Origin: an uncultured Mycoplasma sp.
GTDB taxonomy: Bacteria; Bacillota_I; Bacilli_A; Mycoplasmatales; Mycoplasmoidaceae
Direction: 5' to 3'
Assembly: GCA_947177125.1 (NCBI GenBank)
Contig: CAMWTH010000001.1
Location: forward strand, 1 to 50,001
Length of the DNA: 50,001 nt
Positions 14,141-25,964 of the stretch are shown piece after piece; position 1 is the first letter of the stretch; each line of letters opens with the position of its first letter. Made by a program: the position numbers and the translations under genes. The notes under the pieces were generated by a model, which saw nothing but the letters and a program-made list of their open reading frames with translations, ran no database searches and was not told the DNA's origin.

Positions 14141-15058
14141 TTAAATATCTTCTTCTATAACTTTAATTTCACCAAAATATGTGTCAGATGCTGTATCATA
14201 CATATCAAAATCAATTGTTTTAGTAGCATCTTTAATTCTTTCATTTTCAGTTGGAAGATCTATTAGGACTTTGTAATCATAATGTTGTGTATATGCAAGA
14301 TTTGAGCCATTATATAAGTGTTTATATAAAACAGTTATATACTTATGAGACAATGCTCTTTCATCTTCAATTAGTACACCATCTAAATCATTATTTTTAC
14401 AAATTTGCTCAATATAATCATTTTCAATCTCACCACCATAAATGATTGGTAAATTATTCCCGATGTGATAACCAAACTTATTTCTTAAAAACTCTCTAAT
14501 AATTTTGATTGTATCAAAAACAAATTTTTCATCAAATCTTGTACTTATTTCACCTAAAAATGTAGGTTTATAAACCAAATAAACTTTATCAATTAAATCT
14601 AATCCATCAATGCCATCAAAAATTTGATTAATTTGTAGTTTTAAATTTTCTTTAGTATTTTCCTTTGACAAGTCAACTCTAGTTTCTTCAATAAAAACAA
14701 CAGCTTTAATGTCATTTTTGATTAACTTATGTAATTTAGCATTAATTTGATAGTTTTTTTCTTTGAAATCTAATTTAGCATCTGGATGCCCAATTAAAGT
14801 TGTTTTGATTCCATAATCTTTTAGTTCAATCCAAGAAACACTACCAGTGTGATTACCTAAAGAGGGAAGTGAAATGTTTTGTGCAATTACTTCAATATTT
14901 TTTTCTCCAACTAAACCTAAACTTGGAATAATTCCTAAATATGAAGGTGCAACCATAACTTTTACATTTTCAAAATTGGAAATATTTTTAAAAAATTTAT
15001 TTATAGATATGAAATCAGCACTCATTTTTCAATTTGCTATTAAAACTTTTTGTCTCAT
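14141..15058 (-). CDS. Triosephosphate isomerase-like protein, probably inactive (305 aa)
   Basis: ANWKM, AQN..G.HTG, LIGH, IYGG retained; catalytic AYEP reads VYKP; LVGG phosphate loop reads LIED. Confidence 0.85.
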
Positions 15059-15071
15059 ATTATATTACCTC

Positions 15072-18000
15072 TTACTCTTTACTAATTTGATTAGCTTGCT
15101 TTCAAATTTCACTTAATTGATTGTATTGTCTTACTTTATTTTTATCCAATTTCAATCTTCTTTCTTCTTCAACTAAAATTTGTGCATCAACTGCAACATC
15201 TTCTAAGAAATTATCAACATTTAAATGTTCATCAATTCTTTTTTGAACTCAACTCTTAGTTAAATCATTTTCTGGTTTTGTACTAATTCTTTCATTAATA
15301 TCATCAACAACAACTGGATTCCCATTTTCATCAAGTTCTACATCTTCATTTTCTTCAGTTTCAGAATCAGGTTCATTTCATTCAATAGTTACATTATCAA
15401 ATTCTTTATATAGATTTGCATAATGTGAGAATCTTTCAGCAAATTCTTCTTGTCTATGCAATTCAACATTTTCATCAAATTCACCTTCATAAACAATTGC
15501 TTCTTTAGCTAAATTGATTTTATTTTTATAGTTCATGTCAAATTTATAAACAATTTTTTTGTTTTCTGTATTTAAGGATTTAGCATGGTTTTTTAAATCA
15601 TTGTTATACAGTTTATATACACCAACTATTTTTGCTGTTAAAGGATTCAAACAGATTGCTGGAGCAGTAAATATATTAGAAGCATCATATTCTTTATTTT
15701 TTTCATTTAAATAATTAATGTTTTCAATATATTTTTGATTAAATAAGTCAATGTTAGGTTTATTTTCATTTACAACTTGAACAACTTCTTGAAAATAATC
15801 ATAGTAAGAAACTGTTGCATATAATTTTTTTTCATTTTCAATTTCTTTATCGCTTTTTTCTTCAATAAATTCTTCTTCATCACTGTTACCAGTACTATCA
15901 ATTGCACTTAAATCAACTTTATTAGCAACATAATTTTCAAAAACATCTTCAACATCATTTGCTACTAATTCATAAAATTGTGTTATTGCTAAAGCATCAT
16001 TTGTTTTTAAAATTTCTAATTCAGCTTTTTGAATTTTTTTGAAATATAAAAAAGGTAATGTATTTGAGTAGACCTTATTAACTATTTGTTCATTTTTTGA
16101 TAAATCAAAAGTTCTGTTTACATTTTGTAATAAATTAAATTTGATTGAATTAATTCATTTGTCATTTCTAACAAAATTAGTTGTTCAAATTTTCTTATCA
16201 AAATATTTATTAGAAAGCTTAGTAATTTTTTGTAATTTAATTTCTTTATCAAAAAATGTTTGAAATGTTTTTTTGTAATTAATATCCAAACCAACAAAAT
16301 CTATTTTGTTATATTCAACATAATCAATCAAAATGTTATAAAGTTTTTTTCTAGTCTCTGGTGTTAACAATATTTTTTCATGAATTTTAACAATCTCTTT
16401 TAGTACAACATATTTTTGTTTATCACTAATAAATTGAGGATCTTTTGAAAATTCACTATAAAAATTCAACTGGTTTTTTTCAAAATTATTTATTAAATCA
16501 TCTGAAAGAGTTTCTTTTCAAATATTAAAAGCATCATTTAAGTTTTCTTCAATTTTAACTTTTGTAAAATTTGGATCAATTAAAGAAGTATAGAATAACT
16601 TATTATCTAAATCTAATGATTCAAGTGTTGATAAGATTGATGAATAAACACCTAAGAAATTACTTTTAATTTTTTTAGCAGACAAATCTCCATTAGTAAA
16701 AACAAAAGGAACAGGTGAAGATTTGTTTTGAGGAATAATATTTAAATGCTTATCTAACATTTTTTCGGCTGCTCCATAAGCAGATGTTAGTGCAATAATA
16801 TTTCCAGTACATCTACAAAAATTGATTAATCTTCCTAAATGTTTATCAAAATTTTCTATTGTTGCTATTAATTGATTTAAATCTGCTGATCTTGCAGCTT
16901 CTGCAATCATTGGAGCTAAAACAAAAATAACATCATATTTACCAATTGCATCAATTGTTTTATCAATTAAAATTTTTGATGATAAAGAAAAATAATCTTT
17001 ATCTGTACTACTATATGGGGTAGATAACACTTTTCTTTCAATATTAGGATTTTTTAAATTTGGACCAAAAAATTTATTTATAAAACCTTTTTTATGATTC
17101 ATTCCTAAAACTAAAGTTTTGTTGTTGTGCTTTGCAATAACATTTGTTAATAAATTATCTTCTCTTCCATTAATTGGATTTGGGAAAAACAATGTATCCA
17201 TTTCAGTACCATAAATAGGTGCTAAACTTGATAAATAAATTCCTTTAAGTTTTTGTTCAGTTTTTATCATTCTTGCAAGTGCTGCAAAATCATCTGGATC
17301 GCTGTTTAAAAATAAAACCATATCTTTTTTAGATAAGAAACAATCATCAATTAAACCATTATAAGCAGGTTCAATATTAGCATCCATTATTTGGTTAGCT
17401 AAATTTTCACTTAAATATTCAGTGGCACCACTAAATGGTTTTTCACCTAATCCACAAATAGTTTCAAAGTAATTCATAACATGAGCATTATCCAAATATG
17501 AATGACCTTTTTTTCCAAAAACGTGGTTTCTTCCTGCAATTGAAATAATTGGTGTATTTCTTTTCAATAAAAATTTCGAAAACTCTTCTAAATTTTCACT
17601 AAAACTATAAACTCTTTCTTCTTGCCCATCACCAATTAAATGTAAAACAGGTTTTAAACCTTTTTTAATTAGAATATTAACAATATAGTACAAGTTAGTT
17701 AAGTTCAACTTAGTGTTATTTTTAGATAACATTGAAAAAATATGAACTAACTTAGAATTTGTTTCATTTGATCTTTTTAATAAGTTATCAAAAACTTCTA
17801 AATTATGTAAAGACTTACTAGATATTTGTTCATTAAGTAACTCTAAATATGTTTTAATATCTGTTTGTCCATAAAACATTTCATAAAAGTTTGAATCTAC
17901 ATCTCTTTTAACAGAAGGATGACTTTTCTTAGGTATTAATACATCTTTTTTTCTATCATTTGTAAGAATTGCTCATGGATAAATACCAGAAATCAAATAA

Positions 18001-18098
18001 TTAATATTAGGTTTGTTAGCTAATTTTAAATAATTACCTTTTCATTTTTTATTTAATCCTATACCTTCAGTGACAAGAAATACCAGAGTGTTTTTCAT
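15072..18098 (-). CDS. iPGM (GpmI)-fold protein lacking catalytic residues, fused to a long C-terminal region (~1008 aa)
   Basis: Three ORF pieces in one frame joined via TGA; collinear with iPGM (LVTEGIG, ANKPN, YPW, GDGQE, IAGR, TSAYGAAE, SPVPF). Confidence 0.8.
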
Positions 18099-18130
18099 AT
18101 TTTTTCCTTTCATATATAGATACTAGTTAA

Positions 18131-21100
18131 TTAAAATCTATCGCTATCTAATTTCAATAAATCTTCAACTTTATTAACTTCAACACATCTTTTCTTTTTA
18201 CTTTCTTCAGACAATCTAACATCAAGAACTTTAGATAGTTTTTTAATATCTTTTCTAGTCTTAAATAAAATAATGTAAAGAATTGGTGTAAGTAATAATA
18301 GAATTGGAACTATGACTGCAACTATAACAATTAAAACATTTGTTCCATCATATCTAATAGGTGTAGTTGCAAAACCTGTATAACTTCTTTCAGTTGAAGC
18401 AACTATAACTCCACTTTTATATAAATTAACTGTTATTTTTAATGTACCTTGCATGTCATCATAAGTAGTAAGAACTTCTTTTTCTAAGTCATTTCCTAAA
18501 CTAATATTAAGTAATGATGCAATCTGCTCATCTGTTAAATTAGATGGGATAGTATTTTTTAAAGCTAAAGCTGCATCTGAAGTATCAAGAGCTAAAGAAA
18601 CTGAATAATCAGCATTTTGTAAAGTAAATCCAGAAAGAATGCTGCTGTAATTGTATGTTGAACCATTCATCATTATTCTTGCATAAATTGACAAAGTACC
18701 TTGTGAATCATTTGGAGTAATTGAAAGTGATAACGCATCAGGATTTTGTTGAATTTCTTCTGCTAAACTAGTAGATAAAGAGTTTGATAAATTAGAAACT
18801 AATTGAAGTTTTTCCAAATCAGTTTGAGCAGAACTTTCAATTAAACTAAGAGCATTAGATGCTGTAGAAGAAGTTAAAGCTGCATTTGATGTAGTTAATT
18901 CATAAAAAGATTTTCAAATAATACTATCAATTGAACTTTGAGTTCCAGATTTTAATCCATTAGTTAAAACTGTAGAAAAAGATTTTTCTGGAATTTTAAT
19001 TGTATGAGTTGTTCCTTGACTTGTTTGTTGTTCTCATCAGTCATAAAAAGTTATAGTAACTTGAATTGCACCTGATGAACTCATTGGAACAACATCAATT
19101 TTGTGACTTAATTGTTGTGCAGAATTTTCAAATACAAACAAACTAGGAAAATTAGTTTCTAAATATGAAGGTGTTATTTGAGAAGGTTTTAAATTATCAA
19201 AAGCATTAACATTTATATTTCCTCATGAAAATTTAGGCATTGTTGTTGGGGCACCTGACTGATTTGTATTAGATGTAGCAAAACCAGAAAATTCACAAGA
19301 ATATGAAGGTAATAATCCATTTATTTCTTCATTAAATCTAATTCCTATAGTTAAAGTTCCAAGTGAATCGTTAGGGTTTATAGTTAATGTAACAACACTT
19401 TTATTATTTTCATCTAATCCAGCTATTATGTTAAATATATAATTTGACATATCCATAAACAAAAATAATGCAGACTTATCATTGTTTATTAGTGAAAGAA
19501 TAGAAGAAGGTGTTAGTGTATTCAAATTATATGTTGCAGCAGCTTGACCACTACCAACTGTATAAGTTGAATTTAGTACAGTTTGGTTATTTATAAAATC
19601 TAAAAAAACATTTTGATTAGTAGTAAAATCTTTTTTAAAAACTTGTGCAGTTACAAACGAATATCTAACATTTGTTTTATTCCCAATTTTTGGAATAATA
19701 ACAGTAACATATAAATATCCTTCAGAATCAATAGGATATATTTGAACATTAGATGCTAAAGGTTTTTCAATTAAACCACTTGTTAATAATTGTCTATTTG
19801 AAAAAGCATCACCAAAAATTAAAAAATCATTAATAATATCATCTGCTGTTACTGCTGAAGGTAGTGTTCCAGAATATTTATTTGTTAATGATGTTTTTAA
19901 CAATGCATTGTTATTTAAATATTCATCAGTAACTAGATTAACAGAAGAATCTAATCCATTAAGTACATCAACATTAAAATAAGGATTATTTGATGAACCA
20001 ATGTTTATAGATTGTGTGTAATTTAAAAGTAATTTATCATCAATTCAAACAGCATCTGATTTAATTTTTACTGTTAAAACACCAGCAGCATCATTTGGTT
20101 CTAAATACATTAAATAGTTACCAGCATTTTCAATTGTTAAAATTTTTTCTAAATTTTCTTGTGTTACTTCACTAGGCAATAAACTTGTTATTTCAGCTGT
20201 TACACTATTTCTATCAGCAATAGTTATTGAACAATTTGTATTTACAAAAGTGTAACTATTTGAAGATAATCAAACACTAGTTGGATTGGTAGAATCAATG
20301 TTACCATTAGTTATTTTTCTAAGATTTTGATAAAAATTAATTGAAACTGTATAATTATTTGAATCTCCAATTTTAGTTATTGAACTTACTTTTGCATCAA
20401 AAATAGGTTGTCCAAAAACTGAATCATATGAAGAAACATTAAAAAACTCACTTGCATTTGCTTTAATAAAAGTTTGAAAACTTTCAGATGCACTAGTACC
20501 ATTATCACTAACTTTTTGAAAAAGTACATTTGATGGAATCTCAGATTCTGATAACAAAGAAGAGGAAGCAACAAATTCAGTTCTATTATTAATAGAATTA
20601 GTACCTAATTGTCCAACTAAATTAGTTCCACTAAATTGAACAATTGAACCATCTGTCATTTGTGCATATCAACTAGCATCACCAGGTCTTGTAAATAAAT
20701 TAAAAATTAATTTAGAATCATTGGAATTAGCTGATAAATTATTGAAATTATATAAAAGTGTAATTGCACTAAAATCTGATCTAATTCTTACTGCAGTATT
20801 ATTACTTAACAAAGCAACAAAATCACCATTAGCAACATTTGAGGCATTATTATATAAAGCACTTATGCTAACAATATATGCTTTATCAGTTGAAGAAACT
20901 GTTAGTAAAGTAGCTGGTGTTGAGGCATTAAATGAATTATTAGTAATATTACCATATAGATATGTTGTAGTATTTGAACCAGATAAAATTAATGTAGTTC
21001 TAGAACTATTATTAGCAACTGTTGCAGTTAAATTATTGCTAGCTGTGTTTGTTTTCATTGATGAAACTTGATCTGCAGATAAATTAACACTATATAAAGA

Positions 21101-22090
21101 ATTTGAGTTTATAGTTACAGCATTACCACCAGTAGCAACTCTCATAATTGTTACATAATTATTAATAGCATTATCACCATTAAGAGAATTTTGTTGAAAA
21201 ACAAAATAAACAAAATTACTATCAGTGTAATATTGAGCAACTTTAGAAGTTAATCCTGCATTTGTTTTATTACTATCAATAAAATAATTGTTAATTAAAT
21301 TATCATCTAATGAAATTGTTTTTTCATTAGAAATTGTTCAATTATTAACATTGGTATCTGTTGATGTAAAATTTGCAGTAGTTAGTTTGATACTATTAGT
21401 TGTTGTTGAACCACTTGTTGTTGAAGATGATTCTATACCATATACAGTAATATTAAAATTACTAACTGAATTTACACCAATATAGAATTTAGTATCGCCA
21501 GAAAAAACAGTAGTTAATTTAGTAGCTTGAACTTTACTTCCGTCACTGACTTTAATCAAAACTGCATAATATGAATTATCAGTTCCTTTTGCTATACTAA
21601 CAAAAAAAGCTTCTCTATTTAAATAAGAAGGTACATAAGCTACTGCTAAATATTTATTAGCAGAAACACTTGTACTTAAAGCATTATCAGTATGATTTCA
21701 AATCCTACTACCATCAAGCATTTTGTAGTAAGAAATTCGATTAAATTCCTCTGCTACTGTAGTTCCTACAGTAGCACTATTTATTTTGTAAGTAGTTGAA
21801 TTTGATGTTAAAAGTGCATAGGTTGAACCTGAATTATCAAAAGCTATATTTTGAATAGGTGAATTTAAATTACTAGTATTTTGTAATTTATTTCAAGGCA
21901 ACAAATAAGAGTCACTAGTATCAGTATCTGCATTTAATTTACTTGAAATTTTAGAAAAATTATTTGAGTCACTTTCACTACTATGATTCACATTAAATTT
22001 TTCAATTGCAACAAAAGTACCTGCAGTAAAAACTCCAGTCATACCAACAACTAATAAAGATGCATAAATTTTTTTCTTCAATTTTTTCAT
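18131..22090 (-). CDS. Large membrane-anchored surface protein B (~1319 aa) with repeated ~100-aa Lipoprotein_17-like domains
   Basis: Six same-frame ORF pieces joined via TGA; N-terminal signal/anchor; repeated (L/I)PS..T / PNDxxGxL / xGF motifs; C-terminal TM VLIVIVAVIVPILLLLTPILYIILF plus charged tail. Confidence 0.85.
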
Positions 22091-22112
22091 ACTAGTCACC
22101 TATTTACTTTTT

Positions 22113-24845
22113 TTATATTTTTTTCTTTTTATTTAAATTAAGTTCTTTCTTATCAACAATATTTTTTTTGTTTTTATCTTTTTCTAATAAACCATTATGA
22201 TAGTCTTTAAAATTTCTTATTCTTGCACGTCTTAATAATAAAGATAATAAAACCACACCTAATGTAACGGAAATAGTTGTTGCAACTGAAACACTTATAA
22301 CAGCTGTTAGATTTTTAGGCGGATCAAACCTTGTATCATTTTCAAAATAATTACTAATAAATCCTGTAATTCTTGTAGCAAATACTCTATTATTAATATT
22401 TTCATCTTCTTGATTAAAAATTGGAACATTTACTTGAACTAATAAAGATGAATCACTTAATATAGGTGTAATTTGAATATTGTTAAGTGATAAAGTACCA
22501 TCTTGAAACATTCCAATATTGCTTAAATAATAGTCAACTACATCTTGTTTAGTAATTCTATTTAGTGGTATTGATAGTAAATCTGAAGAGACTTCATCTT
22601 GTGGTAATCAAGAAAATGAAACTACCCCAGTTGTAGATTGACTTTTAGCAAAACCTGTAAAAAATTGTGAATAAATGTAATTGTTAGGATTTGTAGTATT
22701 ATCTGTTTTTTTACTTAAAAAAATAGTTAGTGTTCCATTTATATCATCTGGTAGTAAATTAATACTTAAATTTGACTCATTTTCACCAATAACACTTGTA
22801 ATAAATGATGTGTATGGAGAAGTAGCAGCTGATGTAACTAAATTATATGCAACACTTGAAGGAATAGTATTTGGAAAAGATGGATTTTCAGTTATTACTG
22901 CATCATTTGTTTTTCAAGTAATTGATAATACATCTGATGAATTTTCATATTTATAATAAGGTAAAGTAAAAGATTGCTGAAAAACTTTAGGTTCACCTAA
23001 TCCATTTCAATTTTCAAATTCTAATCTTACAGTTATAGTTTTGTTATCAATTCCTGATGAAGGCTCATAATTACCAGTTGTTTCATTGTAAGAAGTGTTG
23101 GATTCAGAAACAGGTTCCATTGGAGAGGTAGTTGATGGTGTACCATACAAAATGGTTGCTTTTCTGTTCATTGAATTAATAGATGAAGTGGTATTAATAA
23201 ATTGATTTGTAAATAATCTCACAAATTCACTATTAACTTTAGTTTCATCTTTATTAGTACTTGATGGGTCACCAGTGTATTTATTTTTGTTAAATTCATT
23301 AACAACATCTGATGAAGCAGTAAATCCATAACTTGATAAAACATCAGCTGTTTTTCAAGAAAGAATTAAATTATTTGTTTGATTTTCATTAATTGCAAAA
23401 GTAGCTGCTGGTAAACTTGCTTCATATGTTGCAGAAACTATATGACCAGTAAAAATACTGAATTCATTATAAGTAATAATTAATTGTAAACTTCCATCTT
23501 GATCATTTGGAATAGGTTCAATATTTGTAATCATCAAAGATGAATTATTATTTTTAATTTCTTGTAAAATGCCTCCAGTAATACCATCACTCACTGTACC
23601 AATACCTGTGACAGATGAATTGTAAAAACGAAATGACTGATCAGAATATGAATAAGTTAAAATTGGTTTAGATTCTGTGCTTGTTGCACTTTCTTTTAAA
23701 CCTATACCACTATCAAATAAACTAATTAATGAGCTTGTACCACCTAATGGGCTTACAAATTGTGAAGGAGTTAGAGTTGAAACTTGTTGATTGTCTTGAG
23801 AAACACCATTAAATAAAGAAGTATCAGAAATTATTCAACTTCTGAAATTTTGTTCCATATTAACTTCTATTGTTTTTCTAGTTCCATCAGCACCTAAAAA
23901 ACCACCAATATATTTAGTAATAGTTACATCTTTTTTTTCAGTATTAGATGATGTACTCCCACCTTGTGATTCTTCAGGAAAATTATTAGATAGTCAATCT
24001 GATTTAGATGTGTTTGCAAAAACTATTTCAACTTTATATAAGCCAATATTATTATTTGTATTAGTTCCGTTTGCATCAACTACAGTAATAGTAATTTTTG
24101 TATATGGTTCATTGGTTTGATTACCATCATCTTGAAGTGGTGGAAGGTTATTTTTATTAAAGAAATTATTTCAAACATCTTCAGGACTTAAATTAGTTGA
24201 AGTTGAATTTAATACATACTCTTTGATAGAATCCTCAGAATTTCAAACAAATTCATATTTTTCTGCTGTAATTCATCCATTTAAATTATTTATTTTTCTA
24301 GTAGAAAAAACATTGTTTGCTGTTGGTGATGAAGTTGCATCACCTTTATAATTATTTAAAATAGTTTGATTAATATTATCATCAGTTTTATAATTGGTTG
24401 AACCAGTATTTCCAGCAGTTGATTTGGTTGCATCTGCAAAAGTAGTAACATTTTTACTACCATCATAATATGTTTGATAAATTAAAAAATTAACATAACC
24501 TTTATTTATGTTTTGCTCATTAACAGGAAGAATAACAACAGATCAAGAAGTAATTGCAGAACTTGGTGTTAACACATTTTCAAGATCAGAATTTAAAACT
24601 TGATTAGCTTTTTTGTTTAAAGGTTCTTGAGAGGAATTAACATTAAAATTTGCTACACTTTGAGTTTGTTGAGTAGTTGTAGATAGTGCATTAAAATTAC
24701 TATTAACATTTTTTAAATTTCCACTATTTTGATTTAAAAAAGCTAAACCCGAAAAAATTGATGTAACTGAAGCAATCCCAATTGTACCTAAAATTGCAAG
24801 TTTTTTTTGTTTTTTAAAAAGAGCAAATAAAGAAGATTTTTTCAT
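22113..24845 (-). CDS. Large membrane-anchored surface protein A (~910 aa)
   Basis: Four same-frame pieces joined via TGA; N-terminal hydrophobic segment; PNDQDGSL and PDDINGTL repeats; C-terminal TM and Lys-rich tail. Confidence 0.85.
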
Positions 24846-25008
24846 TGCTAACTACCTCAAAACTATACCAAACAAATAAGTCAAAGATTATAAATTAACC
24901 ATTTATATATATTTTAGTTTATCAGCAATCATAAATCAATTATTTTTTAAAAATATTTTATAAAAAATTAAAATTTTTATGTATAATATAATTTTTTAGT
25001 ATTTAAAA

Positions 25009-25911
25009 CTATTTTTCCTTTTCTATAATTTCTTTTAAATAATTTAATAAATCTTCTCTAATAAAAGGATTCAACAATGAATGATCAATTGTAGCTTTTA
25101 AATAGCCTAATCTTGAACCAATATCATATCTTTTGCCTATAAATAATTTTGCATAAACATCTTCTTTTTTTGATAAATTTAACAAAGCTTCAGTTATTCC
25201 TAATTCTTTTTTTTCACTTGTTTTTATATTTTCTAGTTCATTAAAAATTGTTGGATTTAAAACATATCTACCTAAAATTGCTAAATCACTTGGACTTTCA
25301 TTAATTTTCGGTTTTTCTACCATATTTTTTATTTTTGAAAAACTATGATTTTTGTCTAATTTACTATCTAAATCTACAATTCCGTATTTAGAAACATCTT
25401 TGTGGTTAATTTTTTGAACTCCAATAACTGATTTCTGTTTTTGATTAAATAAATCTATGCATTGTTTTAATGCAGGTGTTTCATTTGGCTTTGTTTGAAT
25501 AACTATATCATCACCCAAAATAATTCCAAAAGGTTCATCACCAACATACTGTTTTGCACACAAAATAGCATCACCTAGTCCTTTTGGTTCTTTTTGTCTA
25601 ATATACTGAATTCTTGCCATATCTGCTATTTTTCTTATTTGAAAATATTCTTTTTCTTTATTAGCGTGTTTTAATCTTTCCTCCAACTCAAAAGAATAAT
25701 CAAAATAGTCCATAATAGAATTTTTTGACTGTGAAACAATAATAAGAATATCTTTTATTCCAGAATTCACAATTTCTTCAACAATAAATTGAATAGCTGG
25801 TTTATCTAAAATAGGTAACATTTCTTTAGGCATGGCCTTAGTTGCAGGCAAAAATCTTGTGCCCAGTCCAGCAGCTGGTATAATAACTTTTTTAACTTTT
25901 TTTAATTCCAT
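25009..25911 (-). CDS. galU: UTP--glucose-1-phosphate uridylyltransferase
   Basis: PAAGLGTRFLPATKAMPKEMLPI, GLGDA, VEKP. Confidence 0.97.
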   Translation of the reverse strand: MELKKVKKVIIPAAGLGTRFLPATKAMPKEMLPILDKPAIQFIVEEIVNSGIKDILIIVSQSKNSIMDYFDYSFELEERLKHANKEKEYFQIRKIADMARIQYIRQKEPKGLGDAILCAKQYVGDEPFGIILGDDIVIQTKPNETPALKQCIDLFNQKQKSVIGVQKINHKDVSKYGIVDLDSKLDKNHSFSKIKNMVEKPKINESPSDLAILGRYVLNPTIFNELENIKTSEKKELGITEALLNLSKKEDVYAKLFIGKRYDIGSRLGYLKATIDHSLLNPFIREDLLNYLKEIIEKEK

Positions 25912-25964
25912 GAATAAAACCTTATCAACTGATTTATAACAAATAAATTTTACTCATATATTTT

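Noticed and set aside
14141..18098. Annotating these as ordinary tpiA and gpmI, or as decaying pseudogenes
   Set aside because: Catalytic residues are missing, so no gene symbol is given, yet the frames are full-length and uninterrupted, unlike the decayed IS30 copies.
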